NCBI RefSeq assembly: GCF_006345805.1
Contig: NC_043003.1
Location: 93,372,001 to 93,436,000 of the forward strand
DNA from: Octopus sinensis
Lineage: Eukaryota
Reading direction: 5' to 3'
Length of the DNA: 64,000 nt
Position numbers and translations under genes: made by a program. Under the pieces are notes generated by a model. The model was given only the letters and a program-made list of their open reading frames with translations, was not told the DNA's origin and searched no databases. Below, piece by piece: positions 13,217 to 26,947 of the stretch (positions are counted from its first letter, which is position 1; every line of letters begins with the position of its first letter).

Positions 13217-13409
13217 CGATCTATGTACTTGTGATATTTTTCTGTATTTACCTCCAAACCTTCGTGAGCTGTCTGGAGTAAACATTATCTGAGAGAAATT
13301 TTCTTTAAGTAGTAGAAATGGCTAAAAAAACTTTTTTGGCTGCTATTTCTACTAAGTTCAGTATGTGGCAAAGTAATTTATTTTACTAAGCCCTAATTAT
13401 ATAATATAT

Positions 13410-13458
<49 letters not shown>

Positions 13459-13468
13459 AAAGAGACTT

Positions 13469-13540
<72 letters not shown>

Positions 13541-13565
13541 TTATTTATCACTGTACGTCTATAAG

Positions 13566-13629
13566 AGATACTATATCGAAACGAATACTGGAGTTGATTG
13601 GGCTTTTCATGATGTATCTGCTATTTTAG
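13566..13629 (+). CDS. Candidate internal exon ([21 protein letters not shown])
   Basis: ataag acceptor, gtaaga donor, one open frame in non-repetitive sequence; no homology recognised. Confidence 0.2.
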
Positions 13630-14298
13630 GTAAGAATTTATTTTCTAAATGTTGCTTTCTTTTGCAAGATCGTAGGATGTGATTCAAGGGAGATTTGTCT
13701 ACTATTGCTATTAGATATCGCCCTCACATTGTCGGGCTTAGATAAAGACAGACCCCACATTTGTGTGACCCCCATCATGCCTATGAGAGTGTCAAATATA
13801 TTATACACCTTGGCTGGAGGACCCTTAGATTTTTCAGACCCTATAGGTAAACCTGGCTTTGGTTCCTCGCTTGTTATGTTCATAGATGCTTCAGTTGCGA
13901 TTGTAGATAAGAAACAAATATTCAACTGCATAATATGCCAATTTATCGCAAGCCATTGTATTATCTTCGGTAGATAGATGTGAGGCAGCATAGAATAAAT
14001 GTCTATTAAAAAAACAAACGAGATACCTGTAGTATTTTGAACTGTAGAAGCATGAGTTCATATCCCACCCCTTAATATAGATAAAAGGCGATGGATTACG
14101 CCGCTTCGGGTGAACTGCGGACTCCGAGACTACCCCGGGTGACACAAAATATAGTTACACTACCGGTCCTACTACCATACACTTATACACACACGCATGC
14201 ATACATATACAGATGCAAAAATACGTACGCGTCCGTTAGTGTAATCTAAGTCATAGTTACTCCCGCTTCACATAGAACATAGGGCCAGGAGAGATCTC

Positions 14299-14533
14299 TA
14301 CTGAACACGTTTGCATACCCTGTCGTGGGCTTGCTTCTAGGTCAAGTCCTATAAAAGACTAGGTTAGGTCCACCATAATCCTCAACCAGATCATGACAAG
14401 CCTGCCTCACCTCCTACTGAACACGTTTGCATACCCTGTCGTAGGCTTGCTTCTTGGTCAAGTCCTATAGAAGACTAGGTTAGGTCCACCATAATCCTAA
14501 ACCAGATCATGACAAGCCCGCCTCACCTCCTAC
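14299..14533. repeat. 116 bp tandem duplication
   Basis: Two near-identical units starting tactgaacacgtttgc at 14299 and 14415. Confidence 0.9.
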
Positions 14534-14539
14534 AGACCC

Positions 14540-15010
14540 TCTCTCTGGCTTCCACTCAAGAGAACTCTGAGTGTATATATCCATCGTCAAGCCAATGACA
14601 AAAGTCGCTATTAGCATGACGATGGATGCATACAGGCGGAATTTAGTACTGAGATTGATGAATGAGTTGGGCCAATGAGGTTCAGATATTAGAAGAATGC
14701 TGCAGTTTCGTCGAGTTTCTGTTCCTCATTACTTTCTGAGTTCCTATCTTCAGAACTGTTGCTCTCCAAGGATGTGAATGTATCAACGATCTCTGAAGTT
14801 TGGCTTTTCAGCCGGAGTTGTTGCTACATGCCTCACCAATAATTATCACTTTCGTCTTTTCAGAGCTGTTATTGCTGAGTATGATAGCTCTTCCATGATT
14901 TTGCCCTGTCATGTGGAGTCATTTCTCACTGCCGAACCTTTTGCTTCCTTGCTCTTCTTTACTAAGTCATATCCTCTTGTTCCTCTCTAGACATTTTTGT
15001 ACACTGGTGT
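14540..15010 (-). mobile_element. RTE-type LINE RT fragment
   Basis: Minus frame IVDTFTSLESNSSED..AAFF..SIS matches the RTE V..F.YLGS.I...G region; decayed. Confidence 0.65.
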
Positions 15011-15756
15011 CTGTATTCGTTGTCTTGCTTGTTTCCATGAATGTACACTCTTCTTTTGGTCTGTTTTGGTTTTTACTTTTCACTTATGAAGTTCCACGAG
15101 GTGGCGGGAATTTAACATGCTTAAAATTATAATCATTGTATCTATGTAGCATTACCTGACATTAACTACAGCGGCAGAACTAAAACTGGCCCTTTTCCCC
15201 TCTTTGCATGGCTAAACTAGGCCATTTTGATACGCCAATTCCCTTTCCAACGCAATTGCATTACACTTTACCGTGTTAACAAGTGAATCGATCTTTTTTT
15301 CAATTATCTTGAGTCATCCATAAAGAATAGATTGTTTAGAAAATGCATATTTCTCTGCAGTTTGTAGTTCATGTTAACTTTTCTACCATTGGGACAGGTA
15401 ATAGTACAATAACAAATAACGAAGAGGAGAAAGAATCGCACTGTAAAATACTTCCCAATGATCTCGTGTTCGCTACCTAGTTTGTTTTCCAGTGTATTAT
15501 TCTAGCACTGAGAATATTGATACTGGTTTCGCCTATGCCAAACATTCAAAGTGATTCCCTAATCCAAATGGAGAAAACCATGCCGTAAGGTCTTTGAAGT
15601 CGACCAATACCATGCATTGATTAGTCTGTAGTCGTTTGTAGTTCTTCATTACCATTTTGTCAAGGAATTAGACAGTTTTTAGTAGCCCTTGCGTGTTTCC
15701 TGCACCTATTCTTTTCAATAGATAGAAATTTTAGCCACATTTAAGTTGTAAATATA

Positions 15757-17008
15757 TTGGGTTGGCAACTAAGTTCCCGCCGTTTTTTTTTAAACTTTGG
15801 AATTTATTGTGTTTTTAAATTTTGGAATCTTCTTTTTTCGAGAATTCTATTTTTCAATCATTTTGGAATCTATTTTGTTTATTTTTCTAGTTAATTTTAG
15901 TTAATTTTTGTTTATTTTCAGATCATTAAAATGGAATGTCAAGTTAAGAAAAACGAGCATTTTCGACACCTCGTTCTTTTTGCTTTTAATCAAGTTTCTA
16001 AGGCCGCAAAAGCTGCTCGCGACATTTGTGCTGTGTATGAAGAGGGGACTATAGCTGAAAGAACCGTTCGTGATTGGTATGCCAAGTTCAAAAATGGAAG
16101 TTTTAATCTCAAAGACGCACCTCGTTCTGGCCATCCAGTTGAGTTCGATGAAGAGCGATTAAACCAACTTTTGCACGAAAATTCTCGTCAAAAGACAAGG
16201 GAGATGGCAGAGAAAATGGAATGCTCCCACACTGCTATAGAGAAGCATCTTCACTCGATGGGAAAGGTTCAGAAGTATGGAGTATGGGTTCCGCATGCTT
16301 TAAGTGACAACAACAAAAATCAACGAGCCACAATCTCCGTTGGTTTGCTTGCTCGTCACTGCTCAACTCATGAACACAAGTAACGATTTCTTTACTGAAT
16401 CGTTAATGGTGACGAAAAACGGTGCCTGTACATCAATATGAAGCAGCGTAAGGAATGGCTTAGCCCCGGTAAACAAGCGACACCGTGCGTGAAACAAGAT
16501 CTTCATCCGTGTAAAACGATGTTGTGCGTATGGTGAGACTGGGAAAGGATTATCCATTACGAATTGCTTGAACGGAAGCAAACGGTCAACGCAGAACTCT
16601 TATGTTCAACAGAGAAAATATCTAATCGACAGCATGGAGTTCTTCTGCTGCACGGCAATGCCCGCCCTCATATCGCTAATATGGCCAAGGAAGTCATTCA
16701 AACACAATGCTGGGAAGTCCTGCCACAGCTGCCGGACTCTCCTGATTTGACACCAACGGATTTCCACCTCTTTCGATCTCTTTCAAATGCTATGCGCGGA
16801 GTTTCGTTCAGTACTGATGCAGAATTGATAAATTTTTCAAGTGATTTCTACCAACGAGATATTGAAAATCGTGTTGAACGTTGGGAAGAAGTTGTAAACA
16901 ACAAGGGTGAATACATTATTGATTAATTAGTTGTTTTTTTTAATTTTTTTATTAAACCTTTAAAAAAATTGAATTTAAAAAACGGCGGGAACTTAGTTGC
17001 CAAGCCAA
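15757..17008 (+). mobile_element. Full-length decayed mariner (D,D34D) transposon
   Basis: TA-flanked TIRs ttgggttggcaactaagttcccgccgttt / aaacggcgggaacttagttgccaagccaa; transposase 15931-16923 with WVPHAL, GDEK, HGNARPH and SPDLTPTDFHLF, broken by stops and frameshifts. Confidence 0.95.
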
Positions 17009-17140
17009 TACTTCACGATGTCGTGCGGCTACTGTTTATACCTCGCTCAGAGAATTATTATTGCTTGTTTCCACTTTTTCGAGATCAGTGACTTTTTGTC
17101 ACTGGAAAAAGTATATATATATATTTGCATTGAGAATCAC

Positions 17141-17235
17141 TTCCCATCGCCAACCGGTGGTTGTCACATGCTGATGACGGGTCAATATTCAGAAACTCGG
17201 GTCCGTGTGTATGACCTCAGGCTGGATATGGGAAC
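17141..17235 (+). ncRNA. Type I hammerhead ribozyme motif with extended stem I
   Basis: cacatg-CTGATGA(17171-17177)-cgggtcaatattca-GAAA-C-TCGG-GTC-cgtgtg; further pairings gtca/tgac, gcc/ggc and ttcccat/atgggaa. Confidence 0.7.
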
Positions 17236-17526
17236 GATGACTTCCCTTTGCAAATACTGATAGGGCACAGATAGTAGGTCAATAGCCAGCTGGAGTAGAT
17301 GTCTTCCTGGGGCTACAAGCTACAGTAGCATCAACCCTTAAGGGATAGCCACATTTAGATGGCAAATATACTTCAAAATGAACATATTTTTTCTTTGAAA
17401 AAGAAAATTACAAGCAAATGATTGGTTGATAACTTTTATTGCTTTTCCTCATCAATGCATTTTCATTATCAAAGTTGTTTGTCCATTCTGGTACACTTCC
17501 TTGTATTACCTGTTCATTTAGATGAT

Positions 17527-17975
17527 TTCCGCGGCGAGCTGGCAGAATCGTTTGCACGTTAGGCAAAATACTTAGCGGCATTTCGTCCATCTTTACGTTC
17601 TGAGTTCAAATTCCGCCGAAGTTGACTTTGCCTTTCATCCTTTCGGAGTCGATAAAATAAGTATCAGTTGAACGCTGGAGTTGATGTAATTGACTTACTC
17701 CACCCGCCCAAAAAAACTGCTGGCCTTGTGCCAAAATTTGAAATCATCATTATCATTAAGCCGGTGAGCTGGCAGAATTCTTAGCACGCCGGGCAACATG
17801 CATAGCGACACATCGTCCGTCTTTGCGCTCTGAGTTCAAATTCGACTTTGCCTTTCATCCTTTCGGTGTCGATAAATTAAGTACCAGTCAAGTAATGGAG
17901 TCGATGTAATCGACTACCCCCACCCCCGCCCGCCAAATTTCAAGCCTTGTGCCTTTAGCAGAAAGGATGATGATT
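17527..17975 (+). mobile_element. Two adjacent SINE family B copies
   Basis: Heads cggcgagctggcagaatc at about 17532 and cggtgagctggcagaatt at about 17762. Confidence 0.85.
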
Positions 17976-18591
17976 ATTATTCCTTAAATTTTATTTCAGG
18001 CAAAATAATACCAACGGGAATTTATACAGAACACCGTTACAGGTTTGTGCCTGTAGGCTTTCGTATGTACCCTTCGTTTGGTAACATATGACGAGGCAAG
18101 CACATACAGGTGACGGGTATCAACCCGTTGTCAATTCGATTATATCATTCAATTCGACTAATATACTTTCATTGAACGCAGAAAGATGAAAAACAAAGCC
18201 AACCTCATCGAGACTGCAACTTAAAATATAAACGTTGTAAAAATACCGCACGATATTTTGTCGGACGTTCTCACGATTCTGCCGACATACCGCATTTAGT
18301 CACCTTTCCACGAAGTTTCTCAATTCTCTCATCCTTTGTACAGTACAAAGTAATAGAAGGTATACAGTCTCTGTCATTTTATTTCAGTGACTTAAAATTT
18401 ATACTATCGGTGGCAGCCGTCTGGTCGCTATCTTAACGGATTACATAACGAAGTCATTTTAGTTGCGTCGTATTTCAGCAGACGATAACATATTGATGTA
18501 TCATTATACCGTTTCTAGCATTCTCGCCGCGCAGTCCTTGACGTCATTATTATTATCATAATCTTCCACATCGCCGTTATCACCATCATTC

Positions 18592-18627
<36 letters not shown>

Positions 18628-18644
18628 ACACACACCTTCCTCTA

Positions 18645-18677
<33 letters not shown>

Positions 18678-18985
18678 TATTCCTTCATCTTCGTCTTCTT
18701 CCAGTTAATTTCCGCTCTACTTACATATTTTATATTGCGTTGTTATGTTACGTCGCTTCATTTTGGTTTTGTTGTTTAAGTTAGTGGATGATAAGTAGTG
18801 TGAGCGTATGTGTGTGTGTGTGTATATGTATGTCTGTACGTATATGTATATGGCATGAGTATATATATATATATATTTGTGTGTGTGTGTGTGTGTGTAC
18901 GTATATGCATATTTGACTGTGAGAAAGAGAAAGTGTCTATCAGTATATGTATGTATATGTGTGTATAGGTGCATATGAATCTGTA

Positions 18986-19023
<38 letters not shown>

Positions 19024-19759
19024 CATTTTGTAGTATTGGCTGTAATTGTTAGTGATGCCAGAGTTCTGTTATAGAAGGATAGAGGAATGGCGGGATAGTG
19101 GCGTGGTGAGTGGTAGGATGACAGAGGCAGTGGTGGTGGCGTGGAAGGGGGAAAGAGATAGTTTTTATTACTTGTACGCCCCTTTCAAAAAATTCATGGG
19201 TGGCCTTAAAAAACAAAATCTTCCACATTGGGTTACGAGATAGATATTATTGTTGTAGTAGTAGTAGTAGTGGTGGTAGTGGTAGTGGTAGTGGTAATCG
19301 TGGAGATGGCAGTTGTGGTGGTAGTGGTGGTGGTAGTGGTGGTGGTTGTGATTGTTGTTTCTAGAGATATCTTTGGTGTTGTTGGTTTTATTATACATTT
19401 GATATCTGTCAAGAATATGCAACGACACAGACACGCATGCACACACACACACACATACACACCACACACACACACACGCACGCACACACGTACACACACA
19501 TACACACACGCACATGCACGCGCGCGCACACACATACACACCTATTCATGTAAAGACAAGTTTATACACACACACACAAACACACATGTGTGTGTGTATG
19601 TGTGTATGTGTTTGAGCGTGTGAGTGTGTATCCATAAATATATCAAAATATCTCATGAAAAATGGGAATAAGAAACAGGTAGATGCAAATACACACACAC
19701 ACACACACACTCACACACACACACACACACCACACACACACACGCACACACATATATAT

Positions 19760-20690
19760 TGGGTTGGCCAAAAAGTCCTTCGGTTTTTTAAAGCAAAAAT
19801 TAGACGCAAGTTTTAAACACAAAGTGATTTTTTAAATCAATAATATGATTAGTTTCGTTGTAGTATCTCCTACCATCTTGTGAGCAGATCCCTTATTCCC
19901 TACCCAAAGAATTTCCTAACAAACTCTTCCAGGTGAATTTTTACATCCTTTTCAGAGTTGACGGACTTTCCATTCAATAAATTTTGAATAGACCGAAACA
20001 GGTGGAAATCGGGACACAATGTCGGCCGGGTACGGAGGCTGCGGCAAAACTTCCCAGCCTTCTCCGAGTGAAGTCTTACTTTAAAGATTCTTTGTGGTGG
20101 TTCGGCACACTTCTCCAGGATTGTTTACAGTTCACATTATCAAAGACGATCCATTTTCCGCCTTCTGTCACTATTCTCTAGAAAAAAAAAAAAGAAAATG
20201 GATCGTTTTCTTTACGTTTCTGCAACGAATCGCAGATGGAAATCCATTGGACAAGGTTGGTTTCACTCAATTGACGTGGGACCCAAACATCAAGCCTACT
20301 GACATAACCAAGTTGATGCAGTTTGTTTTCAACACTCGATCTGGATATTTGAGGAATATTTGCGATCATGCTAGTCGTATAACGGTGCTTGGTGTCGCTT
20401 TTAACCCCAATTGGCCGACCAGAGTGAGGTACATCTTAAACTGAAAAATTTCCCGATCGAAATGTTGAAAACTACTTCTGGCATACGCGTTCCGTAACAG
20501 CATCTTCTCCGGACACAGCACATATTTTCCTGCAGGTTTCCGCCGTTTTTTTTTTTTTTGCCTATCTTAAAAATATAAAAAGAAGCATGTGGTGTTTGAT
20601 AATGTTCGTTTTGGTTCTCCATACTGAACTGGAGTATTGAACCGCCGTTGAATTGTCTATATTTCAAGATCAGGATTCAACTTAGTAAAA
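19760..20690 (-). mobile_element. Internally deleted mariner
   Basis: TIR ttgggttggccaaaaagtcc after TA; minus-frame remnants MENQNEHY..., YVSRLDVWVPRQLSE. Confidence 0.85.
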
Positions 20691-21310
20691 TCACAGCTGA
20701 AACGATTGAAATACTTTGATTCACACGATTCTGCTAATCCATACAAGCCAAAGAGGAAGCCTGTGTGTCAGGCAACCTTTTCTTCAGAGGCAGGTTGCAT
20801 TACATTGGATCATCAACAAGCGGGCCGCACTACTAAAAAAGGTAATTTTTCGTTAGGAGTGTCATTTAGACAGTTCTGCGAGTCACAGTTTGCTCATGAC
20901 TACTCTATGTGATGGTGTCACCTGCTAGATACAGCTGTCAAATTTCCCTCAAATCACATCATATAATCAAAAACGGAAGAACAAATTAGATAATGCATAC
21001 TCAAATACTCTGTTTAAAAGTGATAAAACGGAAGATAAGATAATCAATACTGAATCAATGGTTTGACTGCGGGTCTGCTGGATCAAGGCCGGCCTTGGGC
21101 TAAACACCAACCGTATTAATATTATACATATGTCCCGCATAACTTTATTAGATTTCTTACATCATGACCATCGTAAGAAAATTATCAAATTAACCCTATA
21201 CTTGTCCAAAGCATTTTCATGTTTCTCCTAAACGTCCATGTTTGTTTTTAAACTTTTAGTCAGCCCTTATTTCATACGTTCTTAGTAATATAACGATTTT
21301 CTTTCATTAG

Positions 21311-21343
21311 TCTCAAGTTACTCTGGAGGATGAAAAAAATTCT
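21311..21343 (+). CDS. Candidate 33 nt micro-exon (SQVTLEDEKNS)
   Basis: ttttctttcattag acceptor and gtaagt donor, symmetric length, open frame. Confidence 0.35.
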
Positions 21344-22400
21344 GTAAGTATCATATATGATACATGAACGCCAAAGAAATATGCCCTGTGTATTCCATAT
21401 GATACACAAGGAAGGCAAAGGTTAAAAGATATTTGAATGCACCACTATCTAGTATGCACGATCAACTTTATAAGACGGTAGAATTAGTCTTCAGGGATTC
21501 TCTGATCCTTCATTACGCAGGCTGCATTAACCAACTTGGAAGGTACTAATAATATAGTGATATCATCACTGAAGATGGCGCAAGGTTTTATTGGATTGGA
21601 TTAAACAAATGAAAAAAAAAAAACAAATAGAAAAATAAGAACAATTTTTTTTCTTTGCCTTCTTTTTTCTATATGTGTTACTGTGGTCTAGACACCGTAC
21701 AACAGCATTAAAAATGAATACAATAGATTAAAAAAGAAACTTCAAAATTCACCTGTACTACATTATCTTGATTTAGCTTCAGAATCGAAGTTTACATTAC
21801 TGTACAAAAAAAAAAAAAAAAACACCCTAGCCCCGCAAAAGAAAAAGGGAGAAGTACCACCGAGACTCGTTAGTGATCCTTATTTTCATGAAAATGTCAA
21901 ACTACTGACCGAAAATAATGTATTTCCAATCAGCACCGCATTATAATTTATAATTAACTTTTTAACGTCCTCTTCATTAAATTTGTCAACTATTGCTTTC
22001 TTCATGAGGTATGGTCCCTGAGAGTACAATATGTTTTAAACTATTTTGTGATTTTCTCAGCCAATACATTTGCATGTACGGGACAGTATATGGTATGGCA
22101 AAAGAGGACAAATAATACTGAACCATGTCTGGATTTGTAACCCTTGCATGACAGATTAATTAAAATAATATTATTCCATGACGCAACGACCCGGAATAGA
22201 TACCTCAAGGCATCTCATTCGATATTCTAACCATTCTGCCAATCCTCCACTCTGTACTGTTCACACGCGCGCGCGCGCACACACACACACATGCACGCAC
22301 GCACACACACACCCACGCACACACACACACACGCATATGTATATATGTAGGTGTGTATGTGTTGTATGTATGTATTTATGTATGTATGTATGTATGTATG

Positions 22401-22963
22401 ATTCATCCCCCCAAAGGTCGATTTCATTGCGTTTGAGATGCATATCGCATATATTGATTCGTTGTGTTAAGTGAATCGTTTTCAATTTATGCGGAACCCA
22501 AATATCGAGCTTCTTAATGAGTTCAAGACATTTTAAGTGATTTTCAATTGTTGCGTGTAATACGTTTAACCTTTCTGCAATCTCACGCATAATTATATGA
22601 CAATCAGTTTCAATTATGGCTTTGATTCGGTCATTATCAACTTCAGTAGGTCGACCAGAACGTTGGTCAACTTTGAGTGAAAAATCTCCAGAACGGAATT
22701 TTTAAAACCATTTCTGACATGTGCGTTCTGCTGAGTATTAAAACCATAAACTTTACATATCTCTTTGTGAGCCTCAGCAGCTTTCTTGCCTTTACGGAAA
22801 TAAAAAAAAGCAAAATATGGCAAAAATGTTCGTTAACGTAAGCTAAAAGTAACAGCTATCATACGTCAAAAGGAAACAAAATCATAACATTGACAAAAGT
22901 CATTCAACATAATTTTAACTCTAAATATTTGCAAAAAACGAAATTACTTTCTTGCCAACTCAA
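22401..22963 (-). mobile_element. Mariner 5' half, decayed
   Basis: REIAERLNVLHATIENHLKCL..DIWVPHKL; TIR ttgagttggcaagaaagtaattt next to TA. Confidence 0.85.
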
Positions 22964-23090
<127 letters not shown>

Positions 23091-23499
23091 CGATACAATA
23101 GATTGACATAGATTGAAGTATATCATTGACTTTGAAAGGAAGACATCGTGGGTGTTCTGTTGAATGCTGGATATATTATTCTTCTGTGTATTTCTTACGA
23201 TTAAACACAATGTTATCATGCTTATGACCCTTAGTGTTAGATCACAAAAAGAGGTTGTAGGACTATATCAAAAAGGTTTGGCTAAATTCTTGGCAGTATG
23301 CAATACAAGGTGTGGTTTTGTTTTGCTTCACCTTGCTTCTTTGCTTATTCCTCTTCTTTCTTTTTCCTTTTATTTTTTTGTCTTTCTCGGTTTCCATGAA
23401 TCCGTCTGTTCAGGCAGAAAAGAGGTGTGTTAGAATTTTCTGATAAATGTATTTCCTGTGAAATATTAATATAATTTCCGTTCTAACAGGCATCTACCA

Positions 23500-23611
23500 G
23501 TAAGCTTTAGATGTTTTCGCTCAATAAACACTCACAATGCCCGGTCTGAGAATCGAAACCGCGACCCTACAACTGCGAGTCCGCTACTCTAAACACTAGG
23601 CCATTGCGCCT

Positions 23612-23614
<3 letters not shown>
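23500..23614 (-). mobile_element. tRNA-derived SINE head (family C)
   Basis: gtggaggcgcaatggcctagtgtttagag...ggtttcgattctc with A- and B-box-like motifs. Confidence 0.7.
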
Positions 23615-23644
<30 letters not shown>

Positions 23645-23689
23645 ACACACACACACACACATATATATATACATACATACATATATATA

Positions 23690-23893
23690 AAGGCGGCGAG
23701 CTGGCAGAATCGTTAGCACACCGGGCGAAATGCTTAGCGGTATTTCGTCTGCCGCTACGTTCTGGGTTCAAATTCCGCCGAGGTTGACTTTGCCTTTCAT
23801 CCTTCCGGGGTCGATTAAATAAGTACCAGTTACGCACAGGGGTCGATCTTGTTTGTCCTCTCTGTGTTTAGCCCCTTGTGGGTAGTAAAGAAA
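23690..23893 (+). mobile_element. SINE family B, monomeric
   Basis: aaggcggcgagctggcagaatc...gtagtaaagaaata. Confidence 0.9.
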
Positions 23894-24822
23894 TATATAT
23901 ATATATATAGATAGATAGATAGATAGATAGATAGACAGATAGATATAATACATTATATATATATATATTTGGAATGTAGTGTAAGGTATATTTACAATTG
24001 TAAGTTATATTGCATTATTTAAAAGCACGATTTTAGCCACGCTGTTTAATGTAAACGGGGTGGTCAAACTACAGGTTTCATTTTATCATATTTCATCAGC
24101 TTTTAATCTTCTTAGTCTTTAATCAGAGAAACAACACCCACTTTTTGTATACAGATTAGTAGATTATAGCTATTTGTTGTGAATACAGCTAAACCGGACA
24201 CAACTAAAACGATCTGGTTAATTTGCATAATAATGTATGTGTTGACAAATGATTAATTATTAATGCCCCATACACTATTACTGGATAATTTGAAGTATAA
24301 TATGAAATATAGAGTTCTTTTGTTAAACATACAACGTTAACCTGTAAGATAGCCAATCTAAAAAGTAAGCAACATTGTTACATCACATATTTTATGCATC
24401 TATAGGCGCAAACAGTGAGATAAATCTGATTAATTTTTAGTCTACTTAGATCTTCATCGCAGAAAGCATATTAGTAGAAACTAATAGTTCTAAGCTATTA
24501 ATTTCAGACAAGCTCAGATGGACATAGTTAAGCTGATATCTCTAATTTGCGTAACAGTGCATTCATCTATAAAAAAAAATGTATATTGTTGCGGTCCAGT
24601 GTCTGAAAGCTGGAGCGATTTCGGCTATTCATAGCACAATCACTGAGGTGGAAATGGATTGAGTGACATTGATCAGCACACCGACGGAATCATATCTATT
24701 GCTGGCCTGTTTTACGATGTGTCGCAAGACGTGTAAGTTTGTTGATGATAAATCCACCTGGGATCGTACAGGATTGCTTAACTCCAATTAAACTATGGAT
24801 GACATAACTCACATAACATCAC

Positions 24823-25432
24823 ATTTCTTTATGGTTCACAAGGGGCTAAACATAGAAGGGACAAACAAATACAGACAAACGGATCAAGTCGATTACATCG
24901 ATCCAAGTGTGTGACTGGTACTTATTTAATCGACTCCGAAAAGATGAAAGGCAAAGTCGACCGCAGCGGAATTTGAACTCAGAACGTAACGGCAGACGAA
25001 ATACCTATTTCTATTTCTTTACTACCCACAATGGGCTAAACACAGAGAGGACAAACAAGGACAGACAAACGGATTAAGTGGATTATATCGATCCCAGTGC
25101 GTAACTGGTATTTATTTAATCGACCCTGAAAGGATGAAAGGCAAAGTCAATCTCAGCGGAATTTGAACTCAGAACGTAACGGCAGACGAAATACCTATTT
25201 CTATTTCTTTACTACCCACAAGGGACTAAACACAGAGAGGACAAACAAGGACAGACAAACGGATTAAGTCGATTATATCGACCCCAGTGTGTAACTGGTA
25301 CTTATTTAATCGACCCCCGAAAGGATGAAAGGCAAAGTCGACTTCGGCGGAATTTGAACTCAGAACGTAACGGCAGACGAAATACGGCTACGCATTTCAC
25401 CCGGCGTGCTAACCACTCTGCCAGCTCGCCGC
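24823..25432 (-). mobile_element. SINE family B, trimeric body
   Basis: One head at 25432 and three bodies with a period of about 189 bp. Confidence 0.9.
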
Positions 25433-25435
25433 CTT

Positions 25436-26092
<657 letters not shown>

Positions 26093-26346
26093 TATGCCAG
26101 AAACCTTTGAGAAAACCTTTAATATTGCTTTTAGCAGAATTATAGCACCAAATTTTACAAGTTTCCCTCGCACCGGCCTTTAGTCCAGACCCTTCACCAG
26201 CAGTCTCCCCACTACTCGGCTCACAGAATGAGGAATGCTCCCGGTGTAGATAGTTGTCTGTGTGGCTGTCTACTGCACGGATAGATGTAAGGTAAACAAG
26301 TGGAGGTGGACAAGTCGTAATCTGCCGCCAGAAATATTCTAAATCT

Positions 26347-26947
26347 AAGGCGGCGAGCTGGCAGAAACGTTAGCACGCCGGGCGAAAAGCTTAGCGGTAT
26401 TTCGTCTGCGTTACGTTGTGAGTTCAAATTCTGCCGAGGTCGACTTTGCCTTTCATTCTTTCGGGGTCGATAAATTAAGTACCAGTTACGCACTGGGGTC
26501 GATGTAATCGATTTAATACCTATGTCTGTCCTTGTTTGTCCCCTCTGTGTTTAGCCCCTTGTGGGTAATAAAGAAATAGGTATTTCGTCTACGTTCTGAG
26601 TTCAAATTCCGCTGAGGTCGACTTTGCCTTTCATCCTTTCAGGGTCGATTAAATAAGTAGCAGTTACGCACTGGGGTCGATAAATTCAACTTAATCCGTT
26701 TGTCTGTCCTTGTTTGTCCTCTCTGTGTTTAGCCCCTTGTGGGTAGTAAAGAAATAGAAATAGGTATTTCGTCTGTCTTTGCGCTCTGAGTTCAACTTCT
26801 CCGAAGTCGACTTTACCTTTCATCCTTTCGGCGTCGATTAAATAATTACCAGTCACGTACTGGGGTCGATATAATCGACTTAATCCGTTTGGCTGTCCTT
26901 GTTTGTCTTCTCTGTGTCTAGCCCCTTGTGGGCAGTAAAGAAATAAG
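26347..26947 (+). mobile_element. SINE family B, trimeric body
   Basis: Head at 26347; bodies start tatttcgtc at about 26398, 26581 and 26765. Confidence 0.9.

Larger units (their letters stand above)
12254..13405. mobile_element. Penelope-like terminal-repeat (pLTR) fold-back structure
   Basis: 447 bp inverted arms 12342-12788 and 12959-13405; spacer repeats 12254-12385 directly at 12811-12937; HHR in each arm; (AT)n on both flanks. Confidence 0.75.

Noticed and set aside
14080-14170. GC-rich structured stretch tested as an HDV-like ribozyme
   Set aside because: No P1 pairing found on either strand; the end resembles a DNA transposon terminus (gtgtcacccgg)
15757-17008. Active or domesticated mariner/Tc1 transposases
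   Set aside because: All six Tc1/mariner copies have in-frame stops, frameshifts or truncations
18717-19623. ORFs of 85-131 aa rich in V/T/H/C repeats
   Set aside because: Translations of (GT)n, (GTA/GTG)n and (CA)n microsatellites; the same applies to most ORFs in the track, including the 280 aa ORF at 45618-46460
23520-23614. tRNA gene
   Set aside because: A and B boxes are present but the acceptor stem does not close and it continues into SINE body sequence
24061-24110. Minus-strand CTGATGA...GAAAC resembling a hammerhead
   Set aside because: Stem II barely pairs and there is no stem I complement
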